From assembly GCA_011109175.1 (NCBI GenBank), contig RDEW01000020.1:738514-802513 (forward strand): DNA of 64,000 bases, read 5' to 3'. This DNA is from Dicyema japonicum (Eukaryota; Animalia; Dicyemida). Shown here in pieces: positions 1 to 10,789 of this stretch. Positions within the stretch are counted from its first letter, which is position 1, and the number at the start of each line of letters is the position of its first letter. The notes below the pieces were generated by a model. It ran no database searches. It saw nothing but the letters and a program-made list of their open reading frames with translations, and was not told the DNA's origin. The position numbers were made by a program, and so were the translations under genes.

Positions 1-153
1 AAGATCAAGGATGGTTTGATATTGATGAGAGATGTGTTCTAGTAGAGCTTCTTGATCACCCACTAATGCCCTATAAGGGTTCTTCCCCTCACCACTAAGA
101 TCAAGGATGGTTTGATATTGATGAGAGATGTGTTCTAGTAGAGCTTCTTGATA
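1..153. repeat. Local tandem duplication, ~96-bp period
   Basis: aagatcaaggatggtttgatattgatgagagatgtgttctagtagagcttcttgat occurs at 1-56 and again from 97. Confidence 0.9.
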
Positions 154-1345
154 GATCGAGGAGATATGCTATTAAACTGGCATATGGACTTGATTTAAAA
201 TCTAAATTACCGTCTAGTTATGAAAAACGTGTAAGATCAATTGAAAGAATATTACACCACTTAAAAAAATAACTCTTGTTTGGTGCAAGGGGTCAATAGT
301 TCGAAGAGGAGACATATGCTGTCTCGTTATACCAGACCCATCAACTAGGACAAACTCATTGACTTCTCCTTTTTTAATTGATTTTTAATTAGTAACGAGT
401 TTGTTATGTTAATAAAATTATCTATTTACCGCTAAAATCAACTCCTTTCGAGGAACTTGTCAGGAGAACAGGAGCCATATTGGCACCTAAGAAATTTCAA
501 AAAGAACTCGTAAATATGGGATGTGCGTCAATTCTCTAGGAAAACACAGACCAAATATGAGACAGCTGCTTAAGGAGACCAGGATCACCTGGTGGCCATG
601 CAATCTTTTTTAATTTATCGGTGATTCTTGGTTTAAATATGTAAAATATATCATCTCACATGAACAGCTGCTAATAGCGCGAGCATATAGTAAATGACTG
701 AGATGTGTGAACCACGAATGTAAGCTCAAAAATAATGGAGTTAATAAAATCATTTTAGATTTGTTAAATGATCCTTGAAAACATTAATGATAAGGAAAGA
801 GTTTAAAATACCCACATTATAATTCGTAAGTAATAAGACAATTATGAATTCACAGTCACAAAATGATGTGATCACAATTCTGTAGTTCATAATAGTAAAA
901 TAGTAAGACTATAAATACACTCACACTCATCCTTTTCCTCATTAATGCTAATGTGACCTCAGGATGAGATTATGTAAAACAGATCTTAGTAACATTTACT
1001 TATACAACATTATTAATATAACCAACATGAAATATACCGAGAAATATTTTGACCAAATTGAGATATAAATAGAACAACAAGACTCGAATAGAAGAATAAG
1101 ACATATTTCGACTAAATTTGAATATTTTCACTTAATTAACCTCACATTGACTACATTGGAATATAACTGATGCCCACTTTGACCAAATTAAGATACATCA
1201 ATCTAAATGAGACAAGAAAATAAGTCAGTTAAGTTAGTAAGTGGTGACTAAGCAAACTGAGCTGTTAGTAATATATAAATGTCACTTTGTGGTTTAAGTG
1301 AATGACGTGAGTACATTTATGCTAATTAGCGATAAATCAAGCAAA

Positions 1346-1789
1346 ATGCAAGGAAAATCCAAAAAACTATCTTTCAGTGATTTATGTAGTATAATCCTTA
1401 TTTAAGTTACCGAAAACTCTAGAATCTCCAATTCCCTTCTGAAAAAAGTCCAGACTGTTCAGAAAAATAAAAAGAATCGCCACCTTAACAGTAGGTCTCT
1501 CACTTACTTGCAGAAGAGTCCTTTTGGAAGAATCGCTACATTGAAGAGAAGATAAACACAATATTTTTAGAAACCAAGAGGGACAACCTGACGGACACGT
1601 ACAAGGAATACTGCAAGAACTTGAAGGATCAGGTGGAACGGAAAGATGGAATAAATGAAGTATTTGTTACTCTTTTTTAAGAAAATTCAAAAATTGAATT
1701 CAGAAGTGAGTGAATTGCTGAAAGTTATTTCGAAGGTGGAATTTGAAATTAATAGAATTAATTTTCTTTCTCATATTATCTTAAACTAA
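1346..1789 (+). CDS. Small (125 aa) basic coiled-coil protein of unknown function; 4 exons; absent from the ORF track
   Basis: ATG at 1346. Removing GT-AG introns 1386-1406 (21 nt), 1491-1513 (23 nt) and 1660-1681 (22 nt) gives an uninterrupted 378-nt frame, MQGKSKKLSFSDLFTENSRISNSLLKKVQ...KIQKLNSEVSELLKVISKVEFEINRINFLSHIILN*, ending at TAA 1787-1789. Confidence 0.75.
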
Positions 1790-2039
1790 ATTTAATTTGT
1801 TATATGGACTCGGTCACTTTGTGGACCACAAGATCTCTTGTCCAAACTCATATCATCTGAATGATCGTAGTGTCCAATTTTGTTTAATACTTTTTTGTTA
1901 TCTACCAGTCTTTTCATTTAAAGAACCATTTCAGATGGCATGGATAAACTACGAGAACGCACTCTCGTCAGGAACAAGAGAAAAATGTGGTAGCAATTGG
2001 AGCGTTAAATTTCTTATTTCAATCGACAGGCCGAATAAT

Positions 2040-2380
2040 CCAGCACCAACAACCACAACTAATTAATCCAAGGAAGGAACGTTTGTTTGTAACGAACAAA
2101 TCCATCCTCCAATAGTTCATTACAGGCTTCCGAGATAGGTGAAAAAGTATGCCCTCTTCCATTTTGATTGCACGTCCTACCGTCGTGAACATCACTTGAT
2201 TAATAGACGGAAAAGTTTTAATAATGGTAACTTTTATCAGTGGAGACCGTCAGGAAAAAGATAGGAAGATCCTTTTCAATAACTGCGGACGCGCCTAAAG
2301 GACTCGCTGCCTCACTGAAAAGATCTGTTTGACGAGAATTAGCTTTAGCTAAAGAGTCCATATTTCAGATTCGAACCCAC
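2040..2380 (-). mobile_element. tRNA-like SINE, copy 1
   Basis: Reverse complement aligns over ~300 bp with 6620-6990 and 40812-41103; B-box GGTTCGAATC at 2377-2368. Confidence 0.7.
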
Positions 2381-2599
2381 GTTTGTAAACGACCCTAACA
2401 GAATTAAATTCTTTCTATTCGAAGAGGGGAAGCCATTGGTATGGGACGCCGACTCCGTTGGGAGTTCAGTAAACACATCATAGGTCGCAAAAAAAACTGA
2501 GAAGACCAATCGGAATAAGTGAGGAGAGATCACGGACCGGTCCACGTTCTGGACTATTGTTGTTGAGACTACTAGAGGCATAAGCGAGAAATAACTGTC

Positions 2600-2810
2600 T
2601 TCCCCAAAAAACTGAAAGGTGCAATCAAAAATTTGAAAAAATCTAATTATCGACAGAAAGTTTTCAATAAATTTTGGTATGATCAGAAAAATGATAACCA
2701 ATGTTTTCCCCAAAAAACTGAAAGGTACAATCAAAAATTTGAAAAAATCTAATTATCGACAAAAAGTTTTCAATAAATTTTGGTATGATCAGAAAAATGA
2801 TAACCAATGT
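2600..2810. repeat. Tandem duplication, ~106-bp unit x2
   Basis: tccccaaaaaactgaaagg...gataaccaatgtt starts at 2601 and at 2707. Confidence 0.9.
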
Positions 2811-3142
2811 TCTATAATACATTGGCAATTTCTAGAAATAATTGTAGTACCATGATGATTTCTGTCAAATACAATGAACGTTAACTTCCTGAAAGTTTAT
2901 CCCGTTTTATGACGAGTTTGCTTACCTTTAAAAAATTCATAGCGAATCTGTAAGAGGGTCAATATAGTTCCTTTCACCGAATGGTTTCGGTTGATAAACA
3001 CTTTAGAATCTGCTGAATTATAGCAACAGATAATTGAAATTAATTTTTATGCTCGTAAAAATATGTTGACATAATTTAATCTGATTTATACTTAGCATAT
3101 CTGCATTGTAAAGAATTTTCAGTTTTGTTGTACTTGATTCAA

Positions 3143-3655
3143 AATAGATTTAAAGTTTCTACAAAAATCTAAGGATTTTGTTATTAATGAACATTGAAAA
3201 TATTATAGGTGAAAAGCTATTTTTAAGTGATTAGTACATATTAGCAGAAAATTAAGAATAATCCGGTTTATTAAGTGGCCACTAATTAAATCGAATTGTA
3301 TAAGGAAATACTTTATCATGTTACAGATATTTAATTAAACTTATCCTATATCATNAATAGATTTAAAGTTTCTACAAAAAATCTAAGGATTTTGTTATTA
3401 ATGAACATTGAAAATATTATAGGTGAAAAGCTATTTTTAAGTGATTAGTACATTTTTTTATTAACAAAATTTTTCTTTTAACTATTAAACAAATGTCAGT
3501 TGAGGAAGCCTGCTGCGTGGATTGCGAACGAGTTCCCTCAAGTAGTACATATTAGCAGAGAATTAAGAATAATCTGGTTTATTAAGTGGCCACTAATTAA
3601 ATCGAATTGTATAAGGAAATACTTTATCATGTTACGGATATTTAATTAAACTTAT
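3143..3655. repeat. Duplicated segment around an N (3355), probably two haplotypes differing by a ~95-bp indel
   Basis: 3143-3345 equals 3356-3453 joined to 3545-3655; the extra segment is bounded by TAGTACAT direct repeats. Confidence 0.75.
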
Positions 3656-3952
3656 ATATTGTATTTTATTCAAATATCATAATTCTACATTATTTGATAT
3701 ACTCAAATTTCTTTCCGATATTACATATTCAACTATTATTTGTTACAAAGTCATAGGAATTAATCACATTTGATAGGATATCACTTTTGATCTACTAAAA
3801 GCCAAAAACTATCAACTAATTTTTTTAAAATTTATGGAAATATGTCTGCTTAAATAATAAAATTTTAGTGACGTAGATTCGATACATATTATGTTGCAAA
3901 TAAAGTTATTTTTAATATATAAGCAGTGTACGTTTGAACGGACAGATAGCAG

Positions 3953-6104
3953 ATGGTTTTTTATTGATAATTATATAGAATGTACTGATTTGTATAATAT
4001 GGATGACTCTAACATTTTCTAATTCAGTACATTACACAATTGAAGAGGAATTACCAATTGGACATGTAATTGGTAATTTCTGTAGGGATTTAATGATTAA
4101 TTGTTCTGACTATTATGTCTCTCTAGAATGTTATTATTTCTCACTAGACGAGTCTGGCGATATACGAGTAAGGGTGAATGACATGTTTAGATTAAAGAAA
4201 GGATTGATTACGATACTGTATTCATGAAATTTCAAAACTATGAATTCTTGGATAAAATATATCTTTCAGGCGAATCGGGAAATTTAATTGTAGACCTGAT
4301 AGTAAAAGTATGATTTGATTATAAAAATAATTAGGTATTGGATATAAATGATAATAAACCTAAATTTGATAGTCAAATAATATATTTTAATGTCACTGAA
4401 TTAAAAATTGGGACAAATTTAACATTCCCGAAAGCCACAGATGCAGACAGAAATGATATAATTAGATATGCATTGCTTGGAAACCAGGATTTTGAATTAA
4501 TTGAAGATTCCACAAACTTAACTTTAAAATGTCTTAAAAATTTCAATGCCAGTACTATGACGTCACTCAGAATTATTGCCGTCGACAATTATACATTGGA
4601 ACATTTAGAATATATTGATATTAAAATCAACCATCAAACTCCTAAATACAACATAACTGCTTCTGAAGATGATATATTATTATCATGGAAGGAGGAATCC
4701 AACGTTTTTGTTGTTAATAAAACCACTTCATTGCTGGGTACTTTAATTGCTACAGCCAATGATACAATTTCATGTATTGCAAACTCACGTGCAATTAGTT
4801 TGAGTTTATCAGTAAAGAATGAATACAATGTGTATGTGAATGACTATAATAGTGTGATTCCTGTCACAACTATTAATATTACATGTATTAAATTAACTGA
4901 TGATGGCTGTCCTTATTCATGGGATAGAGGACAAGATGTTTACACAACAAACTTGACAGTATTATTAATATTATTGTTAGATTATTTCTGAAAATATTTC
5001 TAATAATGCCATGTATTTGAAGATATATGAAAATATGCCTATACAAACTGCAGTTGATATTGGAATTAGCGAAAATTGGGATATTAAAGGCTCAACTAAT
5101 TTTTCTGGTTCGAAGTTTTCTCCGTATTTATTATCAAACCGAGTTTTTGATTATGAAAAAGAGAAAAATATAAATATAACACTAGAACTCTTAAATAATA
5201 CATATTTGAGAAATACAATTAATATACTTGATGGAAATGATAATTCCCCTTATTTATAAATTCAACCTGTGGATATTATATAATGATAAACTCTCCATCA
5301 AATCAATCACTGTTCAATATGAAAGCAGAAGACAATGACTCAGAGGAAAACTCCCAAGTCAAATATAGAATACATGCAATCAATGATTTGAGTATTATTG
5401 ACTGTCCTTCAAAGAATAACACACAATTTATTCAAAATAGATTCAAATACAGGAATAGTTTATACAAATAAGAGAATAACCAAAGAAACAATATATAATG
5501 TTATCATTGAGGCTTATGACTCGGGACCACAACGACTATTCACTCAAACAAATTGCTTTATTAAAGTCACTAATCTCACATATCATTTCAAATATAACTA
5601 TTATGGATCGTTCCTAACACAAAATATTACTCTTTGCACATCAATTAAAGATTGGAAATGTTCACGAATACTGCCAAATTTGTCTCAGAAGAAATCACCG
5701 ACATGAAATATTCAATTTCCAATGAATCCTTAAAATACTTTAAAATTGATCCACAAACCGGGTCACTCACAATAATCAAAGTACCAATAAACTACACACT
5801 TAATATTGAGTTCTCGTCACAAAAATACTCGACTTTAAAATATTATTTTGTCATCCAATTTGTAAACGAAAATTCTAACAAAATACCAAAATTAAATGAA
5901 CGATCAAATATGTCCATGATTATCACGTGGGCAATATTTTTCTTTTTAAATTTTATAGTTTCAATAGCCTATGGAATATTTATAGTTGTTAAAAGACGAA
6001 ATTCAGAACTGAACGAGGCACATACGTATTCTGGAATAACGTACAAAATTGAACCTATAATTCTCACTGGAGAACACAGAGAATCTAACGAGAATGGTCA
6101 ATAA
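3953..6104 (+). CDS. Protocadherin-like type I membrane protein: signal peptide, ~6 cadherin repeats, TM helix, ~37-aa tail; three apparent 1-nt deletions
   Basis: ATG at 3953; introns 3956-3978 (23 nt), 4168-4190 (23), 4308-4334 (27), 4959-4980 (22) and probably 5392-5414 (23). Signal peptide MNVLICIIWMTLTFS. Cadherin motifs YTIEEELPIG, ERIDYD, VLDINDNKPKF, ATDAD, VFDYEKE, ILDGNDNSP, AEDNDSEENSQVKY, FKIDSNTG, AYDSG, FKIDPQTG. TM segment IITWAIFFFLNFIVSIAYGIFIVV followed by KRR. Frame slips near 5250, 5415 and 5648. Confidence 0.9.
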
Positions 6105-6597
6105 TTTAGTTAGTGACCCTTTAATTTTTCCTAATTGATTATTTAATTTAATCGTAAGAGAATTATTTATAAATTCCTTAAAGACCAGTCAGAAAAATCC
6201 TGTGGAGTCACTTTTAGTCTTTTTCTCGATGTATTCCGAGTTAGCCATGTTTAATATTGAAGTTGAACTAAACTATTTTGAGACTTGTATGGTTCACTTT
6301 ACATGCCGATAATACTTTAGCGACTTTAAGAATCACTAATATTGTCATATAAACTGGTTAACCAACCTAAGAAAAGTCGGACTAGATCGGCTACAAATAG
6401 ACAAGCGAAAAAATAATTGTTGAGTCACACTAAAGAGTGCAAACAGTTAGTTTGTGCTCTAATTAAAATGGGAATTAAATGAGAGTTCAAATCATATTGA
6501 TGATATGAAAATTAATGGCGTGAATATCGATAATGCTATTTTAAAAAGTCTCAGTATTTGACGCTGTTTAACGTTCGAAATTTTCACTGGTTTCATT

Positions 6598-7027
6598 AAC
6601 GTCTGATGACATCGGATCTAAAGGTCGTGGGTTCAAATCCGAAAAATGGAGTTTTCAGCGAAGGTCAATTCTTGTCAAACAGATCCCACCCGTAAGGCGA
6701 CGAGTCCTTCTGGCACGACACAGTTGTTAAAAGGGATCTTCCTACCTTTCTCCCTGACCAAACCCTCTGATAAAGATTGCATTATGAAAACTAATCTCAA
6801 AAGAATGAAGTGATGTCCGCGACGGTAGGACGTGGAGACAAAAATAAAAGAGGGCGGACCTACTTCCCCACCTCTCTTCGGAAACGGAAGCCTGTAATGA
6901 AATATTAGAAGATGGATTTGGTCGGCACAAGCAGATGATCTCCCTTTGGTTCCTTCTTTGGATTAGTTAGTTATGACTGTTTGTGCTGGGCTTACAATGG
7001 TAAGCCTGGGGTTAATAATAATAATAA
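6598..7027 (+). mobile_element. tRNA-like SINE, copy 2 (most complete), ending in a hairpin and (TAA)n tail
   Basis: B-box GGTTCAAATCC at 6630-6640; body shared with the 2040 and 40812 copies; ends ggcttac-aatg-gtaagcc-tggggttaataataataataa. Confidence 0.7.
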
Positions 7028-7029
7028 AA

Positions 7030-7990
7030 CGGAAAGACGTTTTCCATCTCGTCTACACATCTCAAAGGGTTCGAGTACTGAGGAAAAACTAGTTACCTCA
7101 AAATCACGTTGAACATCTCGTTTAAAGCTTCGTGGTTGAGGACCCTGCCGATCTCTTCCTGTAAGCGTGTGGATGAATACAAAGCCGTCTCCATTCTTCA
7201 CTGATGTGAAAACAGATCATCAGTCTAAATAATACGATCGAGTAACCTCAAAAAAGACTCGAGTGTTCCGATTGGAATGTCGTTGAGCCAACCTCACGTT
7301 CAAGAGAACCTTCGGAAAACAGAAAAGCATAGCGGTTTTGTCTCGTGAACTTCAGCAATTTTTCGCAATTTTTACCGGCTAATTTTACATTATCCAAATT
7401 CCACTGAAATTCCGGAGATGGGGATAGAGAGGACGAGTAGGTGTTATTCCAGATCTCTCGTGGATGATCAAATTCCTGGTTAGACGAAAATTTGGGGAAG
7501 AGTGTGGAATCTTCTTCACAATGAAATCAGAGTTCATAAGAGACAAAAGTGTGGGGGAAGAGAATCATAGATAGGTGACGAATCTAAAGGCTACCAAATC
7601 CGACAAGTAGTGTGGCCTGTTACTAAGAGGAGTCTCTAAGAGAACGTTGCGAATGCGATAGATCGAATATATGAAATTCTTCGAATGGATAAGCCGTTCT
7701 TAGATAGAAAAAGGATATGAGGGTCCAAGGTATATAGCAGATTGAGGGCTCACCAATAATGCAAACTCCGTTCTTCCAGTTTACATAAATATGTCCGTAG
7801 AAGATGGTGTCCACATTTTAAATGAGCCAGGGTTACCTAGATGTCCCTCAGAAGAGAAGATTCTGATGGCTCTATTGGGGATGGAAGGTATGGATAATAG
7901 CATTCAAGATAGGTCATTGGTTGTAGCGGCAACCCCTTTTCCGCCAACTGATAAAAACCTGTTCGCATTAAGTCCCCCGAAAAGGTAATA
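7030..7990 (-). mobile_element. Degraded non-LTR retrotransposon fragments
   Basis: Interrupted minus-strand frames with LINE C-terminal-like AHLKCGHHLLRTY and a Cys-containing segment; many stops. Confidence 0.4.
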
Positions 7991-8003
7991 CGTCATTCAT
8001 ATA

Positions 8004-8468
8004 ATGAATTGAGGAAGTACATTATTGTGAATTCCTTATATTGATTTACGTAAGTCTCACCAAATATATAAGCAACTCCCGTCAACTCCAAACAAAATGT
8101 GTAGTGATAAAGATAAGATAACAAAGAATGAGCACGATTTTGACTTTAATTATATGTCACCTGAGGAAGACGACTTTGTAAGCGATAGTGATTCTGACGA
8201 TGAGTTCTCCCAGTATTACATAGAAAATTCAGAAATGCAACGAATTCTACAAGATGACGAGCCGTTTATAATATGGAGTGATGATGGAGAATACTGGGAG
8301 TTGGACGTGATGCTACATATTGACAGCGCTGATGTTATCTCACATGTTGAGGAGACGGGATCACAGAAATCCGGGGACTATTGCATAGCTAATGAATCCT
8401 TAGAGGTGGTCGAAGAATCTAATAATTCAAATAAGTCTGAGCCGGACAAAACTGATAATTTCGAATAA
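8004..8468 (+). CDS. Acidic, D/E/S-rich protein of unknown function; 5' end uncertain
   Basis: 123-aa ORF 8097-8468 (SDSDSDDEF...). An in-frame upstream exon joins through a strong 23-nt intron, gtaagtctcaccaaatatataag (8050-8072). The nearest ATG (8004) is off-frame by 1 nt. Confidence 0.5.
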
Positions 8469-8519
8469 CTTTATTTACTATAAAATTAATTGTTAGAAAT
8501 ATTTTAAAAATGTTTATTT

Positions 8520-9790
8520 ATTCTTGTTAGGCACCGGGTTCCTTCACTTGAAAGGACAGGAAGTAGGTATGCCCTTAATTACATAAGTGTTTTCATAAAT
8601 GAAGTCTACATCGTATGTCTATAGCATCGGCTTGTGTTTCATGTGAAAGTTCTTAGGGAAGCAAAATCGGAGAACAGGAACCTACGTGTAGACACTGCAA
8701 ATAATCTAGAAGTATGTTAGTTTTGTACGTAGTCTTAAAATTTTTTGACTTTGTATTTCTTATTTTAATTGCAAGATACGTCTCTTCTAGTAAATGGCTC
8801 ATTAGTCGTATTTGTCTTGGTTGATAATTCTTTCGAGGAACTTCATTAATTTCTTCTGTTTATTATATCGAAGGCTATCGAAAAGTCTATCAACTCACAT
8901 TTTGTATTTTTGACAAATCCTAGTACCAAAAATCTTCTTTGTGAGTAATTTCCTCGGAATCGAGTTACAAGCCTTATGTATGTCAATGGAGCACATAAGA
9001 ATCTTTTGATGCACCGATTTTCATTGTAGACTAAATTTTATTAAGCAGTTTTTGTAGCCTGGGAATAAAATAGGCTTTTCATTTCGTGGTAACTATTCCT
9101 TGAAAGTAATGATAATGGGTTTATGGTCACTGGTAATATCATAAAACACTGACCAATTGGTTAGAGAGGCGATTTTACAGAAAGCAATCGTAAGTTCGGA
9201 CGTCGTGTCGTTTGCTCTGTAAGGAGTCCTTGTATTAAATATAAAGATGTTTAATATAACTAGTTATTCAGGTTCTATAGTAAGTGGATTCCATTGGCGT
9301 CTTCTCACTGGCTTTTGAGCCATATCGGATGCTTCGTATTCAGGTCTCCACATAAGAATAGGTTATTTGTATGGTCGATATCTGGCAGTTATAAACTGAC
9401 TCAATACGGTGAGGTATCCATTGTTGAAATTGTGATATATTCAACGGAGGGAGAAAGTGGATATGTATTTTTTCCGTTAAGGAAATTTTCTTCTTGATAA
9501 GTGTAATCACCCCACCACCGAGGCCAAAAGGGCGGTCACGTAGAATAATGTTATAGTTTTTGAAGACTTGGGTGGAGTGGAAGAAGACAGTCATGTTTCT
9601 CACCAGATTGCATCAGTCAGGCTTCAACCGAGTTGGATGAGGAAGACCAGAAAGGCGGCCGTTCAAGAAGGATAATCTTCATGGATAGGGAAGAATACCA
9701 GGTCCTTTTCGACTGTGAAGTAAATTCCACAACTTGCGCCACCAGAAACGGCGAACCACATGACGCGCGCATTATTTTTTTTAATTTTTT
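8520..9790 (-). mobile_element. Ingi/Vingi-like LINE (family A): 5' coding start and APE endonuclease, degraded
   Basis: Family start motif gcgtcatgtggt...gtttctggtggcgc at ~9770-9735; APE motif RDRPFGLGGGVITLIKK in ORF 9340-9603. Confidence 0.7.
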
Positions 9791-10315
9791 AATACCCCCT
9801 GGAACACCGAGAAAGAAAGACAAAAGAGTCAAACAGTTAGGTGATCCCAGTCTTCGCAATCAATTGTGCCATTTGACGTCTGTGATCTTTGATCGTTCAC
9901 ACTACTTTCAGGAAGAGCCTTCTCTCGGTCTTGCAGAGAAATCCGATCGGGGAGGGAAGTTTCTTATCCAATCGGTTTTCTCATGCCAAGGAAAGGATCA
10001 GGCGAAGCGGGTTTCTATCTTTCTCACATATGCGAAGAAATCCGGAACCACGACTACAGATCTTAGCTTCCATGAGTAGTGGGTCGACTGTTGATCCATT
10101 ACTTGGGAATGGCATACTGATGGTTTTCTGGTATATTGAGTTGACTCTTTGCACCATAGACTCCGATAGCGCGAATCTCCATGCAACGGAAATATACTCA
10201 ACGGCTGGTTCTATTGTTTGCTGGTAGAGAATAGAAACAGAAAAATCCATATTCCTCGGGGTCCTCCGGACAAGGGCGCGTACATTATTGATTGGCTAGA
10301 GAGGCTTGGGTAATT
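9791..10315 (-). mobile_element. Family A LINE 3' portion with terminal hairpin
   Basis: ORF 9981-10250 (ILYQQTIEPAVEYISVAW) matches the C-terminal region at 60332-60874; hairpin ctgggatcacc...ggtgttccag at 9850-9800. Confidence 0.8.
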
Positions 10316-10789
10316 AACCGAATAAATATTAAAAAACGAAATTGTTATTTTTAGTTGTATTTAAGTTTTCAAATATCATTGTCTTTACTATGAATATGAG
10401 GTAGGTTTACGGAGGTAGTCTTTGCAAACTGAAGCTTTTGAGAAAGCCTTTGGATGAATTTTCTAGTGGTCTGGAGGTTTACACAGCGAGATAAACAAAC
10501 GTCTCATGAGGAGGTCAGCATATTTCCTATACTTCTATATTTTGGCTTTTCCAGCAGCTGAGAATCTATTGGCAGAATACTAATAATGGTTGTTTAAAGC
10601 GAAACTGTATGTGACAATTCATTAGCGAACTGATATTTATTCTATCCTGCCGTTTTACTTCGCTTGTAAACATACTGACTGAATCGATTACAGGAATGGT
10701 TATTATGTCTTATTATTTGAAAAACAATAATCACCGTTAAACTAAGAAACAAGATGAAGTCATTAGATTACTTAGCCATTTTGAACAAC

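Noticed and set aside
6560-6650. Hammerhead-ribozyme-like CTGATGA...GAAA in the SINE head, with a possible stem I
   Set aside because: The closing pair of stem II would be C-C with a 4-nt insertion, and the stem I partner is absent in the 41100 copy.
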